A DNA stretch of 36,096 bases, taken from NCBI GenBank assembly GCA_038321315.1, contig JBBQEX010000005.1, positions 1-36,096 on the forward strand. Reading direction: 5' to 3'. The translations under genes and the position numbers were made by a program. Below, piece after piece: positions 25,412-34,210 of this stretch. Position 1 is the stretch's first letter. Every line of letters starts with the position of its first letter. The notes under the pieces were generated by a model. The model did no database searches, was not told the DNA's origin, and was given only the letters and a program-made list of their open reading frames with translations. The stretch comes from Haliangiales bacterium (lineage in GTDB: Bacteria > Myxococcota_A > Polyangia > Haliangiales > Haliangiaceae).

Positions 25412-27391
25412 ATGCGCGCCCATCGCCTCGTCGGTCTCGCGCTCGGGTTGGGTGTGGGGCTCGCCGGCGTCGCCGACGCCGACGTCGAAGACCCGATGGT
25501 CCTGCCACCGACGGCGATCCACGCGACGCTCGACGGCACCCAGGCCAAGCTCGTCGCGCGGTTCGCCCACCGCGTCGCCGGCACCGAGCAGACCGCGCTC
25601 ATGCTGAGCAGGCCGTGGGGCGCGGTGATCACCGGCGCGAGCATCACCGTCGAGGGCGAGACGCACCGGCTCGCGCTCGTGCGCAAGGACGCGGCCGACG
25701 CGGCGTTCGACGCGATCCACGAGGCGGCGCCCGGCTCGGCGCGACGCTGGGGCGTCGTGATCGCGGACGCCGGCATGATGCCGTCCGCGACGTTCCTCGC
25801 GCCACACGCCGCGTGGGCGACCATCGACCTCGAGCTGTCGATGCCGACCTGCTTCTTCAACGACACGCGCTATGCGCTCGTGCCGGCTGACTGGGAAAAG
25901 GCGTTCGACGTCGCGCTGCGCAATCGCCCGATCAGCGACGCCGCGATCATCGCGTGCCGGGGCATGCGGGGCCGAGGCGACGACGCCGGGATGCTCGCGC
26001 TCCCGAGCAAGGAGCTCGCCTCGCGGCCGCCCGGCGAGCCCCGGCTCGGCGTCACGGCGGGCCGGCTGCCGCTGCAGACCACCCACTTCGCCCGCGTCGA
26101 GCTCGACCTCGCCGGCACGCTGAGCGCGGTGCCTCCGGACCTCGCGACCGCGATCGTGATCGACGGCTCGCGCTCGGTCGATGGCGATGATCTCGAGGCC
26201 GAGCGCCGCGTCGTCGCGTCGTACCTGCGGCACGCGCCGAGCTCGCGCGTCCAGGTGATCGCCTATGCGCGCGGAGCCCACGCGATCCTGCCGGCATGGT
26301 CGCTCGCGTCGCGCGCCGCACCGCGCGTCGATCGCGAGATCCGCGCGCTCGTCACCCGCAACGGCTCCAACCTCGACGTCGGGCTCGCCGAGGCCGCGAC
26401 CTGGCTGAACCGCGTCGAGGGCACCCGGCGCGTCATCCTGTTCACCGACGAGCGGCTCGCCGAGGCGGTCGCCAAGTTGCCGGCCTCGACGCTCGTCTCG
26501 CTGCTGCCGCCGCACACGCTCGTCCACGTCGTCGCGATCGATGGTCAAGCCGACGCGCTCGAGCGCGGCGAGACCATGTTCGCCGACGTCGCGACGGCGA
26601 CCGAGGGGATCGCGGTGCGCGGCGGGATCCGCGACGGCGGCACCGGCGACGCCGAGTTGCTCGCGCGCCCGATCTCGCTCGACGACGTCACGATCGATGC
26701 GCCGGGCTGGACCGACGATGGCGGCGGCACGTGCCCGAGCGACGAAGCCGGGCTCGCGCTCCGCGAGGGCCACGCGTGTACGTGGTGGTGGTCGGGCACC
26801 GCGGTGTCGGGGCCGATCACCGTCGGGGGTCGCATGTGGGGTCACCCGCTCTCGCGCATCGTGCACCCCGATCCGACCCGCGCCGTCGCGCTCGCCCGCG
26901 AGCGTCAGCCCAGGTCGGCCTTCGAGGGGGCGATCGCCGAGCAGCTCATGGACGCGGCCCACGCGGTCAATGGGCGCTGGTCGCTGTTCGGGTCGTGGGG
27001 TGGGCGCGGCGGCTACAACGACCTGGCCGAGGGCGGTGGGATCGGCCTCGGATCGATCTGCGGTTGCGACACCGCCGGCACGCTCGGCAGAGGTGGCGGC
27101 ACCGGCACGCTGAAGCTGAACCCGTTCTCGCTCGAGAGCCAGCTACGCAACGGGCTGCGCGCGTGCAACGTGCGCCACGATCGGGTCGAGGTCACGGTCG
27201 AGACCACGCTGCAGGAGATCGTCGCGCTCGACGTCAAGGTCGTCGAGGGTCTCGGCTTCGATCAGAGTCCGACGTCGCAGACGACCAAGCAGGCGTGCGC
27301 CGAGGAGGCGCTGTGGAACGTGTCGCTCGCGCTCCAGGATCCGCCGTTTCACGCGACCACCGAGCTCGTGATCGGTCCCGCCGGCTATTAG
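25412..27391 (+). CDS. Secreted von Willebrand factor A (vWA) domain protein with a VIT-like N-terminal region and a Gly-rich C-terminal region
   Basis: Signal peptide MRAHRLVGLALGLGVGLAGVADA. vWA MIDAS motif AIVIDGSRSVDGDD (DxSxS), with downstream NGSN and VILFTDERL (the LTDG-like motif). Gly-rich GSWGGRGGYNDLAEGGGIGLGSICGCD. Confidence 0.65.
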   Translation: MRAHRLVGLALGLGVGLAGVADADVEDPMVLPPTAIHATLDGTQAKLVARFAHRVAGTEQTALMLSRPWGAVITGASITVEGETHRLALVRKDAADAAFDAIHEAAPGSARRWGVVIADAGMMPSATFLAPHAAWATIDLELSMPTCFFNDTRYALVPADWEKAFDVALRNRPISDAAIIACRGMRGRGDDAGMLALPSKELASRPPGEPRLGVTAGRLPLQTTHFARVELDLAGTLSAVPPDLATAIVIDGSRSVDGDDLEAERRVVASYLRHAPSSRVQVIAYARGAHAILPAWSLASRAAPRVDREIRALVTRNGSNLDVGLAEAATWLNRVEGTRRVILFTDERLAEAVAKLPASTLVSLLPPHTLVHVVAIDGQADALERGETMFADVATATEGIAVRGGIRDGGTGDAELLARPISLDDVTIDAPGWTDDGGGTCPSDEAGLALREGHACTWWWSGTAVSGPITVGGRMWGHPLSRIVHPDPTRAVALARERQPRSAFEGAIAEQLMDAAHAVNGRWSLFGSWGGRGGYNDLAEGGGIGLGSICGCDTAGTLGRGGGTGTLKLNPFSLESQLRNGLRACNVRHDRVEVTVETTLQEIVALDVKVVEGLGFDQSPTSQTTKQACAEEALWNVSLALQDPPFHATTELVIGPAGY

Positions 27392-27406
27392 GCGTATCGT
27401 CGAGGG

Positions 27407-29014
27407 ATGCGATCCTCGATCCTCCTGATCTTCGCGGTCGCCGCGTGTGGCGACGACGGTGGTCACCCGGCCGGTCCCGACGCCAACACGATCACGCCGC
27501 CGGGCAAGACGTGTGGCGCGCCGGTCACCGCGGTCGACACCTCGACGCCGGCTCACGTGGTCGGCGACGGCACCGCGGGCTCGTGCACCGAGGGTGCGCT
27601 CGCGACCGCGCTCGCCGCCGGTGGCACGATCGCGTTCTCGTGCGGCGGGCCGGCGACGATCGCGGTCACCGCGACGCTGTCCGTGCGCACCGACGTCGAC
27701 ACCACGATCGACGGCGGCGGCATGGTCACGCTCGACGGCGGCGACGCGGTGCGCATCCTGTCGTTCGATCACGGTGACTATCGCAAGAACCACACGGTGC
27801 TCACGCTGCAGCACGTCACGCTCGCGCACGGCCGCGCGCACGGCACGACGATGTACGCCCCCGCGCCGGCACCGTGCTCGCAGGGCTACTACGATGGCTA
27901 TGGCGGCGCGCTGAACTTTCGCGACGGCGAGCTCGTCGTCATCGACTCGACGTTCGTCGGCAACCAGGCCGAGGCGCTCGGGCCTGACGTCGGCGGCGGT
28001 GCGATCGCGCTGCTCGGCGCGAGCCGCGTGATCATCGCGACCAGCACGTTCACCGGCAACAAGGGCTCGAGCGGCGGGGCGATCAACTCGCTCAACAGCG
28101 AGCTCGAGGTCTACGACTCGAACTTCGATGGCAATGTCGCCGAGGGCAACGGGGCCAACAGTGACGACGCGTCGAAGTGCGCGGTCGTCGCGACCAACGG
28201 CCAGCACCAGGTCGGCTCGGGCGGCAACGCCGGCGCGATCGGGATCGACGGCGGCGACGATCTCACGCACGTGTTCTGCGGCGTGCACTTCACGAACAAC
28301 CAGAGCGGCCTCGGCGCCCTCGGTGGCGCGCTCGGGCGCACGCCGGATCGCGATCGTCAGACCACGGTGATCGACCGCTGTACGTTCGACGGCAACACCG
28401 GCGACTCCGCCGCGGCGCTGTACTTTCACAACAGCGAGCTCGACATCACCGCGACGACGTTCTCGAACAACGTCGCGCAGAAGGGCAGCGGCGCGATCCA
28501 GGCCGACGGCACGCACTTCCAGATCCTCAACTCGACGTTCACCGGCAACCGCGCGATGGCCGGCCTCGGCGGTGCGGTGTCGCTGTTCGGCGGCGACGGC
28601 ACCATCGCGTTCTCGACGTTCGCGGCCAACCACGCCGACGGCGGCGATCCCTACTTCGGCGCCGCGATCGGCGGCAACCCGACGTTGACGCTGGTCGGCG
28701 ACCTGTTCGTCGACAACACCGCGCAGAACCCCGGCGCGCCGATGCAGTGCCACGTGACCGGCACCGGCGACGGCGACCTCCAGTGGCCGCGCGGTCACGT
28801 CGTCGGCGGCGGCGACGATGCGCCGTGCACGCCGACAACGACGTTCGCCGATCCACTACTCGGCCCGCTCGGCGATCACGGCGGCGCGAGCGCGACCTTG
28901 GTCCCCGCCGCGACCGGGCCGGCCCATGGCGCCGGCGTGATGTGCCCGGCGACCGATCAGCGTGGCATGCCGCGCCCGGCGACCGGCTGCACCTCCGGCA
29001 GCGTCGAGCCCTGA
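27407..29014 (+). CDS. Lipoprotein with right-handed parallel beta-helix repeats and a C-terminal DQRG-containing region (choice-of-anchor-Q-like)
   Basis: Lipobox LLIFAVAACG. Repeated beta-helix turns (FVGNQAE, FTGNKGS, FDGNVAEGNGA, FTNNQSG, FDGNTGD, FSNNVAQ, FTGNRA, FAANHADGG, FVDNTAQ). C-terminal DPLLGPLGDHGG…CPATDQRGMPRP. A GAGGGA Shine-Dalgarno lies 5 nt upstream. Confidence 0.6.
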   Translation: MRSSILLIFAVAACGDDGGHPAGPDANTITPPGKTCGAPVTAVDTSTPAHVVGDGTAGSCTEGALATALAAGGTIAFSCGGPATIAVTATLSVRTDVDTTIDGGGMVTLDGGDAVRILSFDHGDYRKNHTVLTLQHVTLAHGRAHGTTMYAPAPAPCSQGYYDGYGGALNFRDGELVVIDSTFVGNQAEALGPDVGGGAIALLGASRVIIATSTFTGNKGSSGGAINSLNSELEVYDSNFDGNVAEGNGANSDDASKCAVVATNGQHQVGSGGNAGAIGIDGGDDLTHVFCGVHFTNNQSGLGALGGALGRTPDRDRQTTVIDRCTFDGNTGDSAAALYFHNSELDITATTFSNNVAQKGSGAIQADGTHFQILNSTFTGNRAMAGLGGAVSLFGGDGTIAFSTFAANHADGGDPYFGAAIGGNPTLTLVGDLFVDNTAQNPGAPMQCHVTGTGDGDLQWPRGHVVGGGDDAPCTPTTTFADPLLGPLGDHGGASATLVPAATGPAHGAGVMCPATDQRGMPRPATGCTSGSVEP

Positions 29015-30193
29015 CTAGGTCCGGCTGATGCTCTGGAAGGTCGCGAGGGCCCACGCCTCGTCGCCCTTGCACGTGACGATCGCGAGGTGCGGTGCGTCGA
29101 CGACGATCGCGTGCACGACGCGGACGCCATCCTCGTCGCGACCCTCGGCGCGACCGCGCAGCGTGCCCTCGCTGCGGCGCGCGATCACCGGGTGCGCCTC
29201 GGGCGCGACCGCGAGCAGCGCCGCGGAGTCGAGGCCCGGATCCGCCGTCAGCGTGGTGAACTCGAGCGCGCGAAACCCGTCGGTCGCGACGTAGCGAGTC
29301 TCGTCGTCCTCCCAGCCACCGACGAGCGCGCCGGGGAGTCGCACGGTCCAGCCGCCCGAGAGCTCGACCTCGACGTCGAGCCGGCGATAGCCGATCGTCG
29401 GCAGCTCCTTGCCACCCCGCGCGCGCACGCGCTCCGCGAGGTCGTCGTCGAGATCGAGCGCGTCGACCAGCGAGCACCAGTCGGCCCACGGCAACACGAG
29501 CTCCGGATCGGCGGCGTGGGCGGCGGCGAGCCAGCCGTGGACGCGCTGGAGCAGAGCCGTCTCGTCCTCGTCGATCGGACGGCGCCACGGCACCTCGTGC
29601 CACATCGCGAGCAGCGCGCGCGAGCGCGCCTCGACGCCGGGCCCGGTGCCCCACCACGCGAACGCGTCGCGACCCCGGGTCGGATCGGCGATCACCGCCG
29701 CGCGCCACGCGGCATCGCGCGGGCCGAGCGCGGTGAGCACCGGCGCATCGGTCGCGAACGTCTTGCCTCCGGGCATCGCGATCCGTACCGGGCCGTCGAC
29801 CGCGAGGCGGCGCGCGAGCCAGGCGAGGTGCTCGCCGGCGACATCGAACGGGGGATCCTCCTCGAGCCAGGCGAAGTCGAGCTCGTCGAGGATCGGCGCA
29901 AGCCGCGCCGCGATCTCGGCGTGGTAGCCGGGGCCGAGCGCGGACGTGTCGCCCTTGACCTCGAGGCCGCCGTCGGGCAGGACCACGATCCGCGTCGGCG
30001 ACGCGAACGGATGCAGCTTGAACGTCACGCGGCGCGGCGTCGCGTCGATCACCGCCTTCTTGAGCGCGCGCTTCGCGAGGCGCGCGAGCCGCTCGCCGAC
30101 CTCGTCCGCGGCGGGAGCCTTGCCGCCGAGCAGCGCGCGCACGCCGCCGCGGGCCTTCTTCGATCGTGCGACGCGGTCGAACCCAACGGCCAC
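29015..30193 (-). CDS. Hypothetical protein (392 aa, no recognisable motif), divergent from the AAA ATPase gene
   Basis: Balanced, Trp-containing composition, against Arg-rich junk on the opposite strand. The stop codon abuts the stop of the convergent beta-helix gene (TGACTA). Confidence 0.45.
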   Translation of the reverse strand: MAVGFDRVARSKKARGGVRALLGGKAPAADEVGERLARLAKRALKKAVIDATPRRVTFKLHPFASPTRIVVLPDGGLEVKGDTSALGPGYHAEIAARLAPILDELDFAWLEEDPPFDVAGEHLAWLARRLAVDGPVRIAMPGGKTFATDAPVLTALGPRDAAWRAAVIADPTRGRDAFAWWGTGPGVEARSRALLAMWHEVPWRRPIDEDETALLQRVHGWLAAAHAADPELVLPWADWCSLVDALDLDDDLAERVRARGGKELPTIGYRRLDVEVELSGGWTVRLPGALVGGWEDDETRYVATDGFRALEFTTLTADPGLDSAALLAVAPEAHPVIARRSEGTLRGRAEGRDEDGVRVVHAIVVDAPHLAIVTCKGDEAWALATFQSISRT

Positions 30194-30216
30194 CGGTCGA
30201 GCGTACGATACTTGTG

Positions 30217-32334
30217 ATGATCGAGTACGCCGACGCGGCGGTTCACCTGCGCGACGAGCTCCGGCGCGCGTGGCTCCGCGTCGAGTACCAGACCCGGCTC
30301 GGCTGGACGAAGTCCGCGGTCGCGCTGTCCGACGAGACCAGCGTCGGTCCCGCCGAGCTCGGCCGGCTGTTCGCGAACGCGCGCGGCGAGCGCGGCCCGC
30401 TCGGCGACGAGGCCGGTGCCAGGACGATCCTCGCGCAGTGGCTCGCGCTCCACCGCGAGATGGAGGCCAAGTTGCGCGCGGCGACCGAGGCGCGCGTGCG
30501 CTCGCCGATGCTCGATCTGATCCGCACGTTCGAGCTCACGCCGCGCCAGTGGGCGACCCTCATGTTCGCGCTCCTGCCCGAGATGGATCCGAATCTCGTG
30601 ATCGCCTACCGCGCGCTCACCCGCGATCCGAGCTGCCGCGGGCTCGACGGCCGGCTGCTCGCGATGCTGGTCTACGACACGCCGCAGGCGCGGTCGATCA
30701 TGGCACGCGACCTGTCGCCGACCTCGCCGCTCGTGCGCTACCGGCTGGTCGACGTCACGTCGATCGCCGGTGGGCCGAACACCGACTCCTACGTGTTCCG
30801 CAAGATCCGCGCGGCAGGCCGGCTCGCGCAGCTGCTCGACGGCGCCGAGCTCGAGCTCGATCCCGAGCTGGCCGAGCTCGCAGAGCTGCGCGGTGGCGTG
30901 GCGGTCGGCGAGTTCCCGGCGATCGCGGTCGAGCGAGTGACCGCGGCGCTGTGCTCGAACGAGGTCGTCGTCGCGCTCCAGGGTCAGCGCGGTCTCGGCA
31001 AGAAGCTGCTCCTGCAACAGGCCGCGGCGCACTGGGGCAAGCAGCTGCTGCTGATCGACGGCAAGCGCATCGCGCAGCTGCCGGCCGCGGCACACCAGCA
31101 GACGCTGCGCGCGCTCGTCCGCGAGCTGATGCTGGCCTCGGCGATCCCGGTGTGGCCCGAGGTCGACGACATCACGGTGCGCGACGGCGATCGCGACGAG
31201 ATGCCGGCGCTGTTCACCCAGTTCCTCCAGGAGTGGAGCGGCCCGGTCGCGATCACGATCAACCGCGAGCGCATGCCGCGCGTGAACCTGCGACCGATCG
31301 TGCACCTCACGCTCGAGACGCCGACGATGGAGGTCCGCACGCGGCTGTGGCAGCGCGTCGTGCCGAGCCTGTCGCACGAGGTCGCCGACAACCTGTCGTC
31401 GCGGTTCGCGACCCCGGGCGGCGTGATCGTCGCCGCGGCGCAGGCCGCGACCGCCGGGCGCATGCCCGAGTCGGGCCCACCGATCGGCCGCGAGCTCGAG
31501 CGCTCGGTCGGCGATCAGCTGCACCAGCGGCTGTCGCGACTCGGCAAGAAGCTGGCGACGCCGTTCGATCTCGAGGACCTGATCGTCGACGACGACACGC
31601 GCGCGGCGATCATGGAGATCGCGTCCGCGTCGCGCGAGCGCCGCAAGGTCCGCGACCGCTTCAAGCTGCGCGGCGCGGCCGGCATCTCGGTGCTGTTCTC
31701 GGGCCACCCGGGCGTCGGCAAGACGATGTCGGGCACCGTGCTCGCGAAGCGGCTCGGCCTCGACATCTACGAGGTCGATCTGTCGCAGGTCGTCTCGAAG
31801 TGGCTCGGCGAGACCGAGAAGAACCTGTCCGACGTGTTCGACGCCGCCGAGCCCGGCCACGTCGTCCTCCTGTTCAACGAGGCCGACTCGCTGTTCGGCA
31901 AGCGCACGACCGACGTCAAGTCGAGCAACGATCGCTACGCGAACATGGAGACCAACTACCTGCTCCAGCGCCTCGAGCGGTTCAACGGGCTCGCGATCCT
32001 GACGACGAACCTGACGTCCGCGATCGACCAGGCGTTCAAGCGCCGGTTCTCGTACGACGTGTTCTTCTCGTTTCCCTCGCCCGACATGCGCGCCGAGCTG
32101 TGGCGCCGCACGCTGCCGCGCGATCCGAACTCCAAGGCGCAGCCCGAGATCGACTTCGACGCGCTCGCCGAGCGCTACGAGCTGTCGGGCGGCTTCATCA
32201 AGGTCGCGTGCGAACGCTCGGCCTATGTCGCCGGCGCCGAGACCCGCGAGATCGACGAGCCGCTGCTGCGCGCGACGATCGAGCGGATGTATCGCGAGCG
32301 CGGCAAGCTGTCGTCGGTCGGCCCTCTCGAATAG
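30217..32334 (+). CDS. AAA+ ATPase with a large N-terminal region containing a degenerate Walker-A-like domain plus a canonical C-terminal AAA domain
   Basis: Canonical domain: Walker A GHPGVGKT, Walker [12 protein letters not shown], sensor/Arg-finger region [17 protein letters not shown]. Upstream degenerate P-loop [20 protein letters not shown] at 30217, preceded by an in-frame GTG. Confidence 0.75.
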   Translation: MIEYADAAVHLRDELRRAWLRVEYQTRLGWTKSAVALSDETSVGPAELGRLFANARGERGPLGDEAGARTILAQWLALHREMEAKLRAATEARVRSPMLDLIRTFELTPRQWATLMFALLPEMDPNLVIAYRALTRDPSCRGLDGRLLAMLVYDTPQARSIMARDLSPTSPLVRYRLVDVTSIAGGPNTDSYVFRKIRAAGRLAQLLDGAELELDPELAELAELRGGVAVGEFPAIAVERVTAALCSNEVVVALQGQRGLGKKLLLQQAAAHWGKQLLLIDGKRIAQLPAAAHQQTLRALVRELMLASAIPVWPEVDDITVRDGDRDEMPALFTQFLQEWSGPVAITINRERMPRVNLRPIVHLTLETPTMEVRTRLWQRVVPSLSHEVADNLSSRFATPGGVIVAAAQAATAGRMPESGPPIGRELERSVGDQLHQRLSRLGKKLATPFDLEDLIVDDDTRAAIMEIASASRERRKVRDRFKLRGAAGISVLFSGHPGVGKTMSGTVLAKRLGLDIYEVDLSQVVSKWLGETEKNLSDVFDAAEPGHVVLLFNEADSLFGKRTTDVKSSNDRYANMETNYLLQRLERFNGLAILTTNLTSAIDQAFKRRFSYDVFFSFPSPDMRAELWRRTLPRDPNSKAQPEIDFDALAERYELSGGFIKVACERSAYVAGAETREIDEPLLRATIERMYRERGKLSSVGPLE

Positions 32335-32342
32335 GTGGATCC

Positions 32343-32699
32343 ATGCTCGTCGCCTCGCAAGTCTTCGCCGGTCTCGTCGCGCTCCTGCACGTGTACTTCC
32401 TGGTGCTCGAGATGTTTCTGTGGACGACGCCGTACGCGCAGAAGACGTTCCATCGCACCGCCGCGCAGCAGGAGGAGAGCAAGGTGCTCGCCGGCAACCA
32501 GGGCCTCTACAACGGGTTCCTCGTCGCCGGCCTCGTGTGGTCGATGGTCAGCGGCGATCTGCACGTCCGCATGTTCTTCCTCGGCTGCGTCGCGGTCGCC
32601 GGGATCTACGGCGGCCTGACGGCGAGCAAGAAGATCTTGTTCGCCCAGGCGATCCCCGGGGCGATCGGCCTCGTGGTGACGATCCTGGCAAACCGCTGA
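32343..32699 (+). CDS. DUF1304-like small membrane protein
   Basis: 118 aa, 3-4 hydrophobic helices. N-terminal LVALLHVYFLVLEMFLWTTP resembles DUF1304. Begins 9 nt after the ATPase stop. Confidence 0.45.
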   Translation: MLVASQVFAGLVALLHVYFLVLEMFLWTTPYAQKTFHRTAAQQEESKVLAGNQGLYNGFLVAGLVWSMVSGDLHVRMFFLGCVAVAGIYGGLTASKKILFAQAIPGAIGLVVTILANR

Positions 32700-32772
32700 C
32701 GTCAGGCTTTCACCACTCGTGCGCTAAGTCCGTGCGGCACGGTGTGGCATCGCGTTCGCACTCTCCCGGATC

Positions 32773-33459
32773 ATGGTGATTGTCCTCGGGGCGGCGGCGC
32801 TCGTCGGCCTCCTCTACCTGTTCTGCTATGGCGGCTTCGGCGGCCCGGTCGACTGGATCATGAAGACCCAGCTGCACGGCGATCGCGGCCTGTCGCGGGT
32901 CGCGCTGACGTTCGACGACGGCCCCGATCCGGCGCACACGCCGGCGCTGCTCGACGCGCTCGCCGAGCTCCACGTCAAGGCGACGTTCTTCGTGCTCGGT
33001 GCCGAGGTCGACAAGCACCCCGCGCTGGTGCGCCGCATGGTCGCCGAGGGTCACGAGCTCGGTAACCACACGTACACGCACCGCTACCTGCCGCTGGCGC
33101 GCAGCAAGAACGTGATGAAGGAGCTCGCGGCGACCGATCGCGCGATCGCGCAGGCGACCGGCATCGTGACGACGCTCGCACGCCCGCCGTACGGTGGTCG
33201 CTCGCCGAAGACGGTGCGCGCGTTCGTCCGCGCGGCGAAGCGGCTGGTGCTGTGGGACGTCAACAGCTTCGACTGGAAGGGCAAGCCGGCGCCGGACGTC
33301 GTCGAGCGCGTGCTCGAGCGCACCCGGGCGGGCAGCATCATCCTCATGCACGAGGCGCGGCAGGGCGGAGACGTCACGATCGACGCGGTGCGGTTGCTCG
33401 TGCCGGCGCTGCGCGCGCGCGGCCTCGAGCCGGTCACGGTGTCGGGTCTGGCTCGATAG
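32773..33459 (+). CDS. Polysaccharide deacetylase (CE4 / NodB-homology domain), membrane-anchored
   Basis: N-terminal TM helix. TFDDGP (the catalytic Asp and metal-ligand motif), HELGNHTYTH (the His-His motif) and LMHE. Confidence 0.75.
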   Translation: MVIVLGAAALVGLLYLFCYGGFGGPVDWIMKTQLHGDRGLSRVALTFDDGPDPAHTPALLDALAELHVKATFFVLGAEVDKHPALVRRMVAEGHELGNHTYTHRYLPLARSKNVMKELAATDRAIAQATGIVTTLARPPYGGRSPKTVRAFVRAAKRLVLWDVNSFDWKGKPAPDVVERVLERTRAGSIILMHEARQGGDVTIDAVRLLVPALRARGLEPVTVSGLAR

Positions 33460-34210
33460 GCGTGTCGCGCAGCGTCGCGAGGATCGGCCCGTGGTCGCTC
33501 GTGCCGACGAGCCGATAGACGCGACAGCTGACGGTGTTGTCGACCAGCGCATGCGACGCGGCGACGTAGTCGAGCCGCCAGCCGATGTTGCGCGGCCGCA
33601 TGTTGCGCCACGGCGCCCACCACGAGAACAGCCGATCGTTGTCGGGATCGACGAGCCGGCCGACGTCGACGAGGCCGTGCGAGAACAGCTTCTCGATCAG
33701 CGCGCGCTCGGGATCCGACTGGCCGATCATGTCCTTCTGGAGCGATGGATGGACGTCCCTCGCGGTGCGCGCGACGTTGTAGTCGCCACACAAGACGAGG
33801 TGCTTGCCGGCGGCCTCGAGCGCGGCGGCCCACTGTTCGAGCGCGGCGAGGAACACCATCTTCGCCGGGAAGTCCTTGCCGCCGTTCGGGCCGTACATCG
33901 ACGCGAACACGAGGTCGTGAGCGACCTCGGCGGTGACCAGCCGATTCTCGAAGTCGAACTCCGGGTGCGCGAACACCGGCGGCTCGGGGAACGCCGTCTT
34001 CGCGAGCAAGAGCGCGACGCCGGAGTAGCCGCCTTCGCCGTGCCAGCGCGCGTGGTAGTCGGGGAGCTCGCGCAGCGTCGGCGGCACCTGGTGCAGCGAC
34101 GCCTTGGTCTCCTGGAGACAGATCACGTCGGGTTTCTCGTCGGCGATCCACGCGAGCAGCTGGGCCTCGCGCGCGCGGACGCCGTTGACGTTCCAGGTGC
34201 CGATCTTCAC
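33434..34210 (-). CDS. xth: Exodeoxyribonuclease III (ExoIII/Xth family AP endonuclease)
   Basis: VKIGTWNVNG (GTG start), DVICLQETK, GDYNV and C-terminal SDHGP motifs of the EEP-fold ExoIII family. One-nt overlap with the upstream gene's TAG stop. Confidence 0.8.
   Translation of the reverse strand: MKIGTWNVNGVRAREAQLLAWIADEKPDVICLQETKASLHQVPPTLRELPDYHARWHGEGGYSGVALLLAKTAFPEPPVFAHPEFDFENRLVTAEVAHDLVFASMYGPNGGKDFPAKMVFLAALEQWAAALEAAGKHLVLCGDYNVARTARDVHPSLQKDMIGQSDPERALIEKLFSHGLVDVGRLVDPDNDRLFSWWAPWRNMRPRNIGWRLDYVAASHALVDNTVSCRVYRLVGTSDHGPILATLRDTPIEPDPTP

Noticed and set aside
24641-26962. 773-aa minus-strand ORF taken as one gene
   Set aside because: Only the C-terminal 237 codons form a plausible membrane protein. 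The rest is antisense to the vWA gene and is Arg/Gly junk.
27143-28798. 551-aa minus-strand ORF
   Set aside because: It is antisense to the beta-helix lipoprotein gene, which has a clear lipobox and repeat structure. Its composition is Arg/Ala/Val-rich junk.
29087-30217. 376-aa plus-strand ORF
   Set aside because: It is antisense to the 392-aa minus-strand gene. The plus-strand translation is Arg-rich (RRRRE-type runs), whereas the minus-strand one has a natural composition including Trp, Phe and Tyr.
30049-31860. 603-aa minus-strand ORF
   Set aside because: It is antisense to the AAA+ ATPase, which carries canonical Walker A and B motifs. The translation is low-complexity Arg/Asp/Leu.
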